A stretch of DNA of 40,068 nucleotides, taken from a virus. Taxonomy: Duplodnaviria; Caudoviricetes. The position numbers were made by a program, and so were the translations under genes. The notes beneath the pieces were generated by a model that was not told where the DNA came from, searched no databases, and worked only from the letters and a program-made list of their open reading frames with translations. Shown piece after piece: positions 17,001-26,978 of the stretch (positions are counted from its first letter, which is position 1; each line of letters starts with the position of its first letter). The stretch covers positions 1-40,068 of the IMG/VR virus record IMGVR_UViG_3300021197_001693; one strand, 5' to 3'.

Positions 17001-20000
17001 ATGCTCCATTCCTTCAGGCAATGGACCTTCTACAAACTTGCCATGCTGAAGATACATTAATGATTGATAAGTTGGATTCTTTGAATATTCTATTGTTACT
17101 TCAGCTTCAGTTTCTTCTAATGCATCAGACCACCACTTAGTTTGCTCACGCTTCATTTCTTTGTACTGATCGTTGTTTACTTGTGCATTTGCTTCTTCTT
17201 TGGCAAGAATGGCATCTTTGCGGTAATTGGCAAATTCTTCATCCGTAAAACCTGCCTGTTCAGCACTTTCAAATAAACGGTCATAATACATTTGATCGGA
17301 CGTTTCACTAATTTGTTCATCAGTAGCCAGTAACCTATCAAAAACTGCACGAATTTCATCATTAATAGGAGCATTAAGGTTTTTAACTGAACGGTAAATA
17401 GCGACTAACCAAGCCCTGAATTTAGCAAAGGCTGTTTGAAGCTCTTTTGATGGTGCTTTACCTTCGCGCAAGTATGCCTCAAAACTACGGGCAAACTGTT
17501 CATGCTGTTCTGTTTTAAGATCACTAATGTCTTTTAACCCAAGCCAATCAGCAACAGTTTTTAAATCTGATTCAATGCTTGCACTCGCTTCACCACGCGC
17601 CAAAAGATCTTGTAATATTTCTAAATATAAGTGTCCTGACTCATGAAGCATTGTTGATAAATTAGCTGAATCAAAGAAAGTTATTTTAATTGGCTCTTTG
17701 GCTAAGTCTTTACCAAATTGAATTTGACCACGTTCTTTTTGTGAAAGTATGTTTGGTGATTCTGAAAAATCAGGATCAAATGCTGCATTAACTGAACGAA
17801 TCTGTGAGGGTTCAAACACTGCACCTTGCGGATATGTTTCATCTAATAAACCATCAAAACCTTGTGATTTTGCATATTCAGCTTTTTCACTTTCAGATAA
17901 AAGACGGAAAGAATATTGCTTTAATTGCTGTTCATTTAATGCTTTTTGTATTTTAGGATCAATATCTTCATTTATCGGTAAAGCTGAAACAAATTCATTA
18001 AAACTATCACGACCTTCAATCACTAATGGTTTTTCAAGTTTTATATACGTTGGCATTATATTAGCTGAACCACCAAGTTCAGCGGCTCTATTGGCGTATT
18101 TTTCTGCGGTAGCTGGATCTTTAGTTATAAATATACCTTCACCAATATAATCACCGCGATCTTCATTCCTACCAAATTCACTTAAATTAAATTCACTAAT
18201 GTCTGAAGCGGTTCCATAATACCAAATTGTTTCTGTATCAAAGCCCATTTCACGCGCTCTTTCTAAACGCGCTTCTTGGCTCATATCTAAACCTTTAGCA
18301 ACTGAACGTGACCATTCTAAAGCTTCACCTACTTGATCACCTTCATAACCTGTTTCTTGCGCTTGCTGAAGAACCGTTTCATCATCAATACTAACTTCAT
18401 CACTTTCAAGCAAGGCTTTGATTTCTTCATTGCTCATAGTGTGAATATCAATACCTGTACGTTCTAGGTAATCTTGAAATTCTAATAATGATTGGCGTTC
18501 ACCAATTAAATTCTGTTGGCCTTGTTGTTCACTGAATACTGGATCACCCGAAAGTTCACGGTCTATTGCTTCAAGCACTAAATCAGGATCAGCAGCCGAA
18601 ATATAACCTTGTTCAAATAACTGATCAGAAATTCTATCAAGACTTAAACCTTCTTCTTGAATAGCACGTTTTTGGAATGGTTTTAAATCAGCATCAATAT
18701 CACGAGCGGCTAATTCGCCACCTTCATCATAAATTCCAACCTCACGAATTCTATCAATGATTGAAGCACCAAATGCATCTTGCTGTTTTGGCACATCATC
18801 TTCACGAATACGATTAATGATCGTATCAAGGTTAATATCATACATACCTGCTTTTAGTTCTTCAGGTAATTCACGCTTGATAGATGGCCCGTAACGTGTC
18901 CAAAGTTTACTAACTTCAATTCCTGTACGTTCAGCCAAGGTGTTAAATACTGATTGCATTTGAATAGCGCTGGTTTCTGAATCAACTTCACTCATACCAG
19001 TAGCTTTTAATTGTTTAACTAGATCATCCATAATAAATTGTGAAGGATCTTGCTGATTAATGGTTTCAGTTGCACTTGTAATCATATCTTGAATGCGTTG
19101 TTCATTTTCTTCTTGCCAAACACGCGCTTCTTTAGGTGTCATTTCTTCAGGATGAAAACGAGCATTATCAAGTAAATCATTATGATATTCACTCGCGGCT
19201 AATGTATCAGCATAAGCTTCAAGCGGAATAACTAAATCAGTTTGTGTCGCTATGGCTTCACGGTATGCAACACCATTATCTCCCATAACTTGGGCGGCAA
19301 CTTGTTCAGGATCTAAATTTTTACTTTGAAAATACGTTTGCCATTCTGGTGATGTAACCATCACATTTTTAACAGTGCCATTTTCTTTTATATTTTTAAC
19401 TAATTCACGGAACTTTTCAGGAACACGTTGTTTTGTTTTTGAGTTAGCGCTTAATTCACCAAGGCTTTCCATCATAGCTTTGTTTTTATCAGCCTTTTTA
19501 ACTTTGGTGTAATCAATGGCTAAATTTGCACTTGGGCCTGGTAAACCTAAAAGAACAGCAGCCTTTAATGAAGTATCAGCTGTTTGTAATATCCGTTCAC
19601 CATAATCACCAACATCAGCCTGAACAAAATTACCTTCATAACCTTTTGCCGCTTCACCTGCGATCATGGTTACAAGCTCTTGTGCAACATCGGTTAATAC
19701 TTGTGTTGAAACTAATGTTCCATAACGTTTACCAAAATCTGTAAATGCTCTTAATACATTAGGGTTTTTCAACGCTTCTTTAACTAAAGCCGTTCCACCT
19801 TTACCAAGTATTTTATCAGCACCAGGTATTGATTTAGTTAATGCATCAAATGAAATTAATTCAAGGCCAGAATTAATTGAACCAGCGGTTATTGCGGCAA
19901 GCTTGGCAACTTCATCATCAAGTGGTTGATCATTAATATCACGGTAATCAAGAAATTCATCATAAGCAAAACCTGTTTGCAATGAAAATGATTCTTGTAA

Positions 20001-20765
20001 TGCCCCTGCTTTCCAACCTAAACCTAAACCCGTTAGTGTTGCAGCTGGAACCGTTACTATTTCTTCAGGTAATGCGACTTGCGGCCCCATTTGACCAACA
20101 GCTAAAGCACCACCACCAAACGAAACACCACCAGCTAGTGAAGTCCAACCAGCTGTTCTTGCTGTTTCAATTAATTGTGGCACTTGCTTTGAAGCTTCAA
20201 GTAATGATTCTTGAAGCCAACTATCAGCACCAAAATTACTGTGTTGATCTACTTTTAGTTCTTCAATTAAAGATAACTGATCATCAGTTAATTCACCTTT
20301 GATTTGCTGAAAACGCAAACGAGCTAGATCAATTTGATTATAACCTTGCTTAAACGCTTTCTTTGGTGCTTGAAACAACCATTCTAAGCCAGTTAATGAT
20401 TCAGTATCATCATGTGAAAGCTTGGCGTTATCTTCATTCTGAAGGTAGTTTGAAACTATCGGTGATTGTTGTCGAAATTGTTTAGGATCAAAATCAGCAC
20501 GTTTTGATTCCTTTTCAATATCATCTAAATTTCTGGTGATTAAATCGGTAGGTAAGCCAGTTCTCATTTGTTGTTTAAGAACTCGCGCTTGTTGATCAGG
20601 ATTAGTATTTTGAGCAATGTTTAATGAAGAAGTTAGTGTTGTATCTTTTTGTGCGTTTGCGTTTAAATGCCAATCTTCAAAATCAGATTTTTCTTCTGAA
20701 TCTAAAACGCTTTGTTCAGGTTTTCTTATTGTGTTTTTTTGATACCAATTGTCGAAGTCGGACAT
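14025..20765 (-). CDS. Very large internal virion / DNA-ejection protein (2246 aa) with ART-like and HExxH domains
   Basis: Position after two smaller ejection proteins. WYYGT...GEGIFIT...AEKYA...FEPSQIRS ART-like block. STMLHESGHLYLE...EQFARSFEAYL zincin-like block. Confidence 0.82.
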   Translation of the reverse strand: MSDFDNWYQKNTIRKPEQSVLDSEEKSDFEDWHLNANAQKDTTLTSSLNIAQNTNPDQQARVLKQQMRTGLPTDLITRNLDDIEKESKRADFDPKQFRQQSPIVSNYLQNEDNAKLSHDDTESLTGLEWLFQAPKKAFKQGYNQIDLARLRFQQIKGELTDDQLSLIEELKVDQHSNFGADSWLQESLLEASKQVPQLIETARTAGWTSLAGGVSFGGGALAVGQMGPQVALPEEIVTVPAATLTGLGLGWKAGALQESFSLQTGFAYDEFLDYRDINDQPLDDEVAKLAAITAGSINSGLELISFDALTKSIPGADKILGKGGTALVKEALKNPNVLRAFTDFGKRYGTLVSTQVLTDVAQELVTMIAGEAAKGYEGNFVQADVGDYGERILQTADTSLKAAVLLGLPGPSANLAIDYTKVKKADKNKAMMESLGELSANSKTKQRVPEKFRELVKNIKENGTVKNVMVTSPEWQTYFQSKNLDPEQVAAQVMGDNGVAYREAIATQTDLVIPLEAYADTLAASEYHNDLLDNARFHPEEMTPKEARVWQEENEQRIQDMITSATETINQQDPSQFIMDDLVKQLKATGMSEVDSETSAIQMQSVFNTLAERTGIEVSKLWTRYGPSIKRELPEELKAGMYDINLDTIINRIREDDVPKQQDAFGASIIDRIREVGIYDEGGELAARDIDADLKPFQKRAIQEEGLSLDRISDQLFEQGYISAADPDLVLEAIDRELSGDPVFSEQQGQQNLIGERQSLLEFQDYLERTGIDIHTMSNEEIKALLESDEVSIDDETVLQQAQETGYEGDQVGEALEWSRSVAKGLDMSQEARLERAREMGFDTETIWYYGTASDISEFNLSEFGRNEDRGDYIGEGIFITKDPATAEKYANRAAELGGSANIMPTYIKLEKPLVIEGRDSFNEFVSALPINEDIDPKIQKALNEQQLKQYSFRLLSESEKAEYAKSQGFDGLLDETYPQGAVFEPSQIRSVNAAFDPDFSESPNILSQKERGQIQFGKDLAKEPIKITFFDSANLSTMLHESGHLYLEILQDLLARGEASASIESDLKTVADWLGLKDISDLKTEQHEQFARSFEAYLREGKAPSKELQTAFAKFRAWLVAIYRSVKNLNAPINDEIRAVFDRLLATDEQISETSDQMYYDRLFESAEQAGFTDEEFANYRKDAILAKEEANAQVNNDQYKEMKREQTKWWSDALEETEAEVTIEYSKNPTYQSLMYLQHGKFVEGPLPEGMEHKKINKQALVDRYGTAFLKQLPRPYVYTVEGGAHQDDIAILFGYSSGDQMLQDIINAPKYKDAFDATVQERMREKFGDMNTDGTLPVKAMESVHNTKQIEVLNKEFEALSKRSRNAQKATPADQMQLAANNAINRKLVRDVHPNLFVQAERKSAKQAIDAVIAGDFDLAAEAKQRQILNFYMGNAARDAAQETEIAVRYLNKFNKRSTREKIGKAGGDYLEQIDSLLEKTEFRKVSLKTLNKRQSLERFIIEQEENGWTVDIPESLIQQTLVTNWKDLTVEELVGLKDAVQNIDHIATFKNKLLSDQAERDFESSVDSVVSSIEANYKVKDDEPNFAKTFVDTLKEKASGFVAYHTKMEFLFEFLDGYKANGDAWRTLFKPLADADIAEQAMQGEYTKKTADIFDRYTAKERSKWYTDKYNIPTVGAMNKAAILSAALNTGNPGNKKALMDGYGWNEVQIQRILAKLDKKDWETVQAVWDMIDELWPETARLQKDLTGLAPEKVLPTKIKNEHGTFNGGYYPIVGDSSLSWDVFKRDEKNFNQSLFENSYTKPATKKGHTIERTDFAGRPVKLTLDVIGRHMNNVIHDLTHRRALMDVDKITNNERVKKAIEGSAGKQMYRQVRPWLQGIAQDNQQIFSAWEEIFAKARTGATIVNMGWKFTTAFAQPLGYLQSVDEIGVKSAWQGLTDFYGSKSKMQAKYNFVMDRSIMMQNRQKTFDRDIKDTIKRIEKEGKMDAVRQSFFYMTGLLDMGVAMPTWLGAYRQAMDGLVDNVSKGDENAAIQYADRTVRVTQSAGNIKDLAQIQRGSNTFKLFTMFYSYFNVLFNLLKKRGYQFVKGDLSVPQLAASSIFLWMAPAILGEMAASRFPDEDEDWLPWAAKHVGMYPFMSVVGVRDVVNGLGPYGYTASPAFDAFEKTVKAVKIPFKAAAGEEITKSDVKAAVLAASYWGALPGRQGWITGEYIYDIMTGQDEPEDVWEFTHDLMFARPANER

Positions 20766-22477
20766 TAATCTTCACCATTTAAAATACGTTGAACTAGCTC
20801 TACATCATTCAATAGCCTAGCTGCATAAACGCGCTGAACTCTATCAATTGTAATTGCAACACCGTTACTAGTTAACAGGTTTTTAATAGAATTAACGCTT
20901 GATACTGGCACTGATTCATAAGGCACATAAGATTGACCTTTTTCATCTGCCAAAACTTCATAAGGAAATTTAGCCTGGTCTGAACCAAACCAACTTTCGT
21001 TTTGTATTTTAACAGTTTCAAGAACCATTTCATCAAGTATTTGCTGTTGTTCGCTGCCCGTTGATTTCTTACCTTTGATACGTTCAAATTCTTCAATGCG
21101 GCTTGCCGCTTCAGTTTGAAACTTTCCATAACGTTTTGCTTCATTACTTTCATATTTTGAAGGTGATTTTCCAGCTGGAAGAATACCAGCAGAAACGGCA
21201 ACGTTTTTTGTTCTATCTTTAAAGGTTAGTGTGTTAGCAAGATCAGGATTTCTTTGCCCGTTCTTCATTGCGGTGATCACGCTTTCTTGTTGTGAAAGCA
21301 TTGATTGATAATGTGTGTTACTTAACTGTGAACGGTGATCAAGCATATTAACTTCAGCAAGTTTGCTTGGTTCCATACTGTAAAGCTTGGTGAAAACTTT
21401 CCAATCAGTTACTGGTTCAACACCAGCTTTAACTTGTCGCGATCTGGTTTCTAATGAAGAACGTTGTTGTGCTGTTAAGTTAAGCCAAATATTAGGGGGA
21501 ATACCATCAACACCAGCACCGCTTTCAATTATATCAGCTGAAGTTTGCATATTTTCTTTTTGCGCTTGCGCTTTGGCTGCATCAATTTCAGCATAGCGGT
21601 CTTTTAAACGTTGAACTGTTTGATCACGAACTTGAGGATCTTCAATGTTACGCGCCTTTTTCAATGCCTGATCTTCAGGTAACGCTTCATTCATTATTGC
21701 ATCAGTGCTTACTTGTGACTTAGAACGTGTTTGACCTTCATTTACTGAAGCTTTTAAACGATTTCTAACTTCAGGCAATAACTTTTCTTCATACTTATTA
21801 AAGTAAGCTTCAGCACCATCATAGTTTTCATCAGCAAGCATTTTACTAATGACACTATCAAAGGTTGTTGATTCAGCAACACCAATTTCAAGCTTAATAT
21901 CTTCAGCACTTTTACCTTGTAAATTACCTTGTGCATAAATTGAATCACGTTGGCGATCAACTTCTTGAATCACACGCTCTTCATCAGCATAATTATTTGT
22001 TGCGGCAAGTTGTGAAACAGCAATTGAAGCAACGTGTTGTTTTTGCTTATATGCTTCAACTTCACTAACTTCATGGCGCATAATAGATCGCTGTAAATCT
22101 TTTCTTCTATTATTAGCATTTTGTTTGAATGCTTGTTTTTGCTGCTCGTTGGTTAATTGACCTTCACGTTCAGCAACAAACTTATCAAAGTTTGATAAAT
22201 AAACATCTGATTGTTCAGCCGCGTTTTTTCCCTTTAACTTATAAAATCCATTTTCACCATAAAGGGATTCATTTTCCCATTCAGACAAACCAGTTTCAGC
22301 TTCTTGTACTGCGGCAAGGTTCATTGAAGCTTGTTGTCTCACTGCTTCTTTCTGAAGAATATTTGCAGCTTGACTTGCTAAACCTGCACCGTAATCTTCA
22401 CCTGTTCTTTCAACGCCAATAGTATTAACTTGGCCCGTTAAGTTTCTAGTTTTACGTTGTGGAATTGTAATAGCCAT
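20765..22477 (-). CDS. Internal virion (ejection) protein
   Basis: 570 aa, helical and Q/E/A-rich, with a KGKNA motif. Synteny with podovirus core proteins. Confidence 0.7.
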   Translation of the reverse strand: MAITIPQRKTRNLTGQVNTIGVERTGEDYGAGLASQAANILQKEAVRQQASMNLAAVQEAETGLSEWENESLYGENGFYKLKGKNAAEQSDVYLSNFDKFVAEREGQLTNEQQKQAFKQNANNRRKDLQRSIMRHEVSEVEAYKQKQHVASIAVSQLAATNNYADEERVIQEVDRQRDSIYAQGNLQGKSAEDIKLEIGVAESTTFDSVISKMLADENYDGAEAYFNKYEEKLLPEVRNRLKASVNEGQTRSKSQVSTDAIMNEALPEDQALKKARNIEDPQVRDQTVQRLKDRYAEIDAAKAQAQKENMQTSADIIESGAGVDGIPPNIWLNLTAQQRSSLETRSRQVKAGVEPVTDWKVFTKLYSMEPSKLAEVNMLDHRSQLSNTHYQSMLSQQESVITAMKNGQRNPDLANTLTFKDRTKNVAVSAGILPAGKSPSKYESNEAKRYGKFQTEAASRIEEFERIKGKKSTGSEQQQILDEMVLETVKIQNESWFGSDQAKFPYEVLADEKGQSYVPYESVPVSSVNSIKNLLTSNGVAITIDRVQRVYAARLLNDVELVQRILNGED

Positions 22478-23013
22478 TAACCAACCCCACCGACACCGTA
22501 ACCACTAGCCGCACTTGTTAAAACAGTGGTAAAACCTTTTCTTGTTGCTGATTTTTTTCGTTGCTTGGCGCTTAATAATTGATTAATCCCTTGGGCCTCT
22601 AACCCCATTGCTTGACGATCTGCATTGTTTAATATGGTCATTGATTCTAGCACACCAACTGCACGAACTTCCTCGCCAATATCAGCAGCCGTACCCGTTC
22701 CAACATCTAAACCACCAGCAGCTAATTGCGCTCTGTTCCTTGCTGCAACCTTTTCAGTTTCTTGGTGCGTTTCACCTGCTTCAATTGCACCAGCAGTTCT
22801 TACATTTTTAGCTTCTTGCTTGGCTTGTTTGTTTTTTTCTTTAGCTAGGTTTTCATTATATTCCGCTGCTTGCATTTCAGCACCAGCCGAAGCACCAGAA
22901 GCAGCACCAGCAGCAGCAGCCATCCACAAACCAGCACCAGTTACACCAGCATAAGCAGCACCAGCATAACCAGCACCAGCGGCAAGAATAGGGATCAAAG
23001 CGGGAGCGCACAT
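22477..23013 (-). CDS. Internal virion protein (T7 gp14-like position)
   Basis: MC start, Ala/Gly hydrophobic N-terminus and AAGGLDVGTGTA motif. Confidence 0.72.
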   Translation of the reverse strand: MCAPALIPILAAGAGYAGAAYAGVTGAGLWMAAAAGAASGASAGAEMQAAEYNENLAKEKNKQAKQEAKNVRTAGAIEAGETHQETEKVAARNRAQLAAGGLDVGTGTAADIGEEVRAVGVLESMTILNNADRQAMGLEAQGINQLLSAKQRKKSATRKGFTTVLTSAASGYGVGGVG

Positions 23014-23015
23014 AT

Positions 23016-23477
23016 TTATATACCCATTGTAAAACGATGAAATAACATTTGATTAGGGCCATGTAAAACTGGACGTTCAATATTAAACCCTAACCACTTC
23101 AAAACTCTAATTGCTCTTTTGTTTCGAGCATCAACATAATTTTCTAATTTCTTATTGTACATTTTTATTAAAGAAAGTGCTTGTGGTGCTTCTTTCAATA
23201 TTTCTTTTTTATGCTTATCTAAAACTGTTGTTCCTAACAACCAAGGGCAACCATGCCCTGTTAAAATATTAGTGGTACAAACACCACCAATAGCGGCTAA
23301 TTCATCATTAATAAATATACTAAAGGCTATGGTTGATTCTGCAACTGATTTTTCAATCAATAAACAATGTTCAAGTACACTAGCCGCGTTTAGCTCTTGA
23401 ACATCATCAGGGCGCATACTATCAACTAAATCAATAATATCACCACCATAAACTGGCCTGTAATCAGTTATATTCAC
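23016..23477 (-). CDS. Acetyltransferase-fold virion assembly protein (T7 gp13-like)
   Basis: MRPDDVQEL, PWLLGT and NYVDARNKRAIRVLKWLGF. Confidence 0.75.
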   Translation of the reverse strand: MNITDYRPVYGGDIIDLVDSMRPDDVQELNAASVLEHCLLIEKSVAESTIAFSIFINDELAAIGGVCTTNILTGHGCPWLLGTTVLDKHKKEILKEAPQALSLIKMYNKKLENYVDARNKRAIRVLKWLGFNIERPVLHGPNQMLFHRFTMGI

Positions 23478-26199
23478 TAATACCTACCTCTGGCATAATA
23501 GAAAGTATTTCTGTTTCAATTGGTCTATCTTGCACTAAATAAATTCTTCCTGGTCTTTCCCATTGACCTTCAACATCAATTTCTAAAAGCTCAGTTCTTC
23601 TATCAGGTGCTTGACCATAATTTTCATCTTCACGCGCTTTGTATGGATTAAGATTATCAATCATAGTACCAGCTTTTATACCTGTTGTATTTCTAGTATA
23701 AGTGAATACTTTATTAATGTTCTTTTTATTTGGCCTTGCCGTTTCACCTGAAGCTGATAATTCAATATCAAGCGTTTGTAATGATGAAGTATAAGGTAAG
23801 CCAATATGAACAACCGTTGCATCAAAAGCAATTTCAACCTTCCCATCAACAACAACAAAGTCACCTTCATCACCTGCATCAGCCATTACAGAAACAGTTT
23901 TACCTTCTAAATGATCAAGCCCTGAAAATTCATTAGCGCCTAAACCCCATTCAGTAGTGGCAATGTTTTGAATTGATTCAGGAACAACGCGCTGAATTTC
24001 ACCAGTAACATTTACATCAGAATTAAAGGCCGTAATTAATACGGGCGTTTTCTGATCTTCAGTAAAGAATATAATAGATTGACCAACCATTTCAGCAGTA
24101 AAGTATGAAGCACTAGCAACAAGCGTTGCAACATCAGGGTATTCATAATCATCTGAACTAGTAATGGTTATGGTTGTTGTACTGGTATTTCTTCCATCAT
24201 AAGTTAAACCAGAATCAACAAAGAACTGATCTTTTGGATCACTAAAGAAACGATCGCCAAATCTTTCAACAAAATTAACACCATCACGTTTTACTACGGC
24301 ATAAACAGCATCTTGTGAACCCTCACGAATGCTATTAAATGAAATTACTTCTCCTTGCGTATCACCGCGACACCAACCCCAAATTTGTTGTTCTTTTAAA
24401 TAAGTGAATACAGCAAATTCACCATCACTAAAGGCAACCCAAATTGTTTTGTATGGATTTTTAGCATAACACCAAGAAACAATGGTTCGACCTTCAAACA
24501 TGTGTTGCGCTCGAACCGTCAAATCAATACCAACAAAAGCATCATTGGAAAAATCAAAACCTATATCACGAATTATTTGTTCACCATCTTGAACATATAA
24601 ACCAGTTGAACCAGTGACAATTGGCCTTAACGGGCTTGAACCATCATAGCTTTGTATTCTTACGCTTGGTGGGTTTTCTGGTGTGATAACATCATTTGAA
24701 CCTTGATTAATTGACCATACACCACCAGCCGTAAAAGCAAGTAATGCATTAAGAGGTAACATATGAAATATTTCATTTACTTGTAAACTGTTTACATCAA
24801 AGCGCATTGTATCATCAGCAAGCAATGGACGATTTTTAGAGAAATCAGGAAATGAATCGGTTCTACTCATCCATATTGTTTGTGGTAAAAATAGTGTTGC
24901 AGCAACAGTTAAGCGTTGTTGGTAATACGTGCCACATTGCGGATATTTACTATCTTCACGCCAAGGTTCAAAAGCCCATTTATACGTTTCACGTACCGTT
25001 TCTTTTTGGGAAATATCTACATCAACATCTGACAATGCCGATGCAAAATATGATGTTGGTGCAGCGGATAAAGTAACGGTATCAGTTGAAAAATTAATGG
25101 TCCATTGGCTAGGATAACTAAGTGTTATTGTTGAAGCATCATCATTATTTGTTAAAATAACAACAAAATCTTGTGTAAAATCACTTGTTGGTGCTGAAGG
25201 GGTATCAAGTAAGTATTCTGTTTGTGAAGTTTCGTTAGGAAAAGCCCAATCAATTCCAGCTTGAGTACCACCAATAACTGTTTCAGGCAGTGTATTAATT
25301 ACCGTTCCAATAGCATTCATTGAATCTGAATAACTATCAATCCTAACAATACCAAAGCCTGAATGAATATAACGCCATAAAACACCAATTGCAGCATCAC
25401 GATTATCATCAGGAACAAGTTCACCTGGCCCATCCCAAATATCACCTTCAAGGTGTGTTGGTGGTGTGTCACCTGTTTGTGCTTTTTCATTATTTAAAAA
25501 TGGTGCTTCAACACACTTGTAATAATTACCTGCGTAATATGTAAGATCATCAACTTCAACATTCATTCTTTGCATCCAATGGCGAACTTCACCACTGGTT
25601 TGCTGATCTAAGAATAAAAGCTTACCAACAATGTTATCATTGAATGCATCAAAATTAGCTACCAGATTAACAGTGCCACTTTGATCGCTGGCATAAATAG
25701 TTTCATCACGATCAATGTTAATTGTTTCAAATGGTCCTCCTGAATTTTTAAATTCATCTAAAACCCAATTGGTAACACCAAAACGCTTTAATTCTTGAAC
25801 AGGGTGATTTTTATGGAATAACGTTAATACATCAGCTGATTGTGTATAAGTAAGTCTTGAAAGCTCACTTGCTAAATATGGTGTTGCAACTTCAAGTGGA
25901 ACTAACCCATCAAGAATATAACCACCATTAGAAATAAAACGAATATAGTTTTCACCAAATTCAAGCATGTAAGTTTGAATGGTAGAAAATGAAAAAGGTA
26001 TTAGAACAACTTCATCATTTCTTTTTGCTTGGCCTATAAAACGAAAGCCTGAACGATTCTTTAAACCACCATGATAATTAACAAAGAAATTATTGGCATG
26101 TGCCAAACCTAAACGATAAGCATCAATATCTACACGACCAAATAAAGAAGGTGTAATTTCACCTGCGCTTAATGATGGTTGTTGAATTACAAGTGCCAT
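23464..26199 (-). CDS. Tail tubular protein B / nozzle
   Basis: QPSLSAGEITPSLFGRVD, TQSADVL, YQQRL and HIGLPYTS. 911 aa. Confidence 0.88.
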   Translation of the reverse strand: MALVIQQPSLSAGEITPSLFGRVDIDAYRLGLAHANNFFVNYHGGLKNRSGFRFIGQAKRNDEVVLIPFSFSTIQTYMLEFGENYIRFISNGGYILDGLVPLEVATPYLASELSRLTYTQSADVLTLFHKNHPVQELKRFGVTNWVLDEFKNSGGPFETINIDRDETIYASDQSGTVNLVANFDAFNDNIVGKLLFLDQQTSGEVRHWMQRMNVEVDDLTYYAGNYYKCVEAPFLNNEKAQTGDTPPTHLEGDIWDGPGELVPDDNRDAAIGVLWRYIHSGFGIVRIDSYSDSMNAIGTVINTLPETVIGGTQAGIDWAFPNETSQTEYLLDTPSAPTSDFTQDFVVILTNNDDASTITLSYPSQWTINFSTDTVTLSAAPTSYFASALSDVDVDISQKETVRETYKWAFEPWREDSKYPQCGTYYQQRLTVAATLFLPQTIWMSRTDSFPDFSKNRPLLADDTMRFDVNSLQVNEIFHMLPLNALLAFTAGGVWSINQGSNDVITPENPPSVRIQSYDGSSPLRPIVTGSTGLYVQDGEQIIRDIGFDFSNDAFVGIDLTVRAQHMFEGRTIVSWCYAKNPYKTIWVAFSDGEFAVFTYLKEQQIWGWCRGDTQGEVISFNSIREGSQDAVYAVVKRDGVNFVERFGDRFFSDPKDQFFVDSGLTYDGRNTSTTTITITSSDDYEYPDVATLVASASYFTAEMVGQSIIFFTEDQKTPVLITAFNSDVNVTGEIQRVVPESIQNIATTEWGLGANEFSGLDHLEGKTVSVMADAGDEGDFVVVDGKVEIAFDATVVHIGLPYTSSLQTLDIELSASGETARPNKKNINKVFTYTRNTTGIKAGTMIDNLNPYKAREDENYGQAPDRRTELLEIDVEGQWERPGRIYLVQDRPIETEILSIMPEVGISEYN

Positions 26200-26207
26200 T
26201 TCTACCC

Positions 26208-26235
26208 TTCTTTATTTCTTTAAATCTTTATATTA
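26208..26235. repeat. TCTTTA 8-bp-period repeat (site D)
   Basis: 28 bp identical to 7555-7582, located between the two tail-tube genes. Confidence 0.8.
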
Positions 26236-26913
26236 AGCAAGCCTTGAAGTAACTGATTCAGGCAATGGATAAAGTGGTGTATTCTCACCACGCGCATCTT
26301 GTGAAGATGCTTGCTGTATTAATGTATTGTACTGCGCCATTGCATTCTGGCCTAACTTTAAGCTTTGCGCTAATGGTGAAGCTAAGTAAGCAGCTAAACG
26401 CCAAGCAACAGTTTCCGCAAATGAACTTGTCCATAAATGCGTTTCTTCTACTCTACGAGTATAAAGAAGTTTAGCATTTTCACAATTAGTAATAATAGTT
26501 CTTGTTTTCTTATCTTTGGAAACACCTTTTTCAAAAGATGGTCTTAAATATTCTGGTGCGCTTGTTTCAGTATTACCATTTAAACCAGCAAAAAAGAATT
26601 CAGGATAATAGCGATAATATAAACCAATAGGGATATTAGGAATAACAATAGATCGCGGCTCTAAACAATCATCAGGGAATGCATAAATATAATTATAATC
26701 TGTTTCATCTTCTTCATCGGCAAGCAATGCTAATTCAACGACTTCACGCGCAAATGTCCAAGGGTAATCAGATAAAGCGTTATCACGCGCTAACGGATAG
26801 AATAAACGACATTGTTTAGCCGCTTTGCTTTCCTCAGTGGCAAGATCAACAATTTGTGTTGTTTGCCCTATATTAGCCAGTGCTATATTACAAATTATTG
26901 TTTCTGAATACAT
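26233..26913 (-). CDS. Tail tubular protein A / adaptor
   Basis: ICNIALANIG, YPWTFA, YAFPDDCL and FAETVAWRLA. Confidence 0.85.
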   Translation of the reverse strand: MYSETIICNIALANIGQTTQIVDLATEESKAAKQCRLFYPLARDNALSDYPWTFAREVVELALLADEEDETDYNYIYAFPDDCLEPRSIVIPNIPIGLYYRYYPEFFFAGLNGNTETSAPEYLRPSFEKGVSKDKKTRTIITNCENAKLLYTRRVEETHLWTSSFAETVAWRLAAYLASPLAQSLKLGQNAMAQYNTLIQQASSQDARGENTPLYPLPESVTSRLA

Positions 26914-26930
26914 TATTAAATTCCTTACAT

Positions 26931-26953
26931 AAAAGGGGCATGAAGCCCCTTTT
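26931..26953. terminator. Rho-independent terminator after the capsid genes
   Basis: AAAAGGGGC-ATGAA-GCCCCTTTT. Confidence 0.8.
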
Positions 26954-26978
26954 ATTATACACCAAGATTAATGATTAA

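Noticed and set aside
22860-22985. CCAGCA-type tandem repeats
   Set aside because: Explained by the Ala/Gly codons of the internal virion protein N-terminus.
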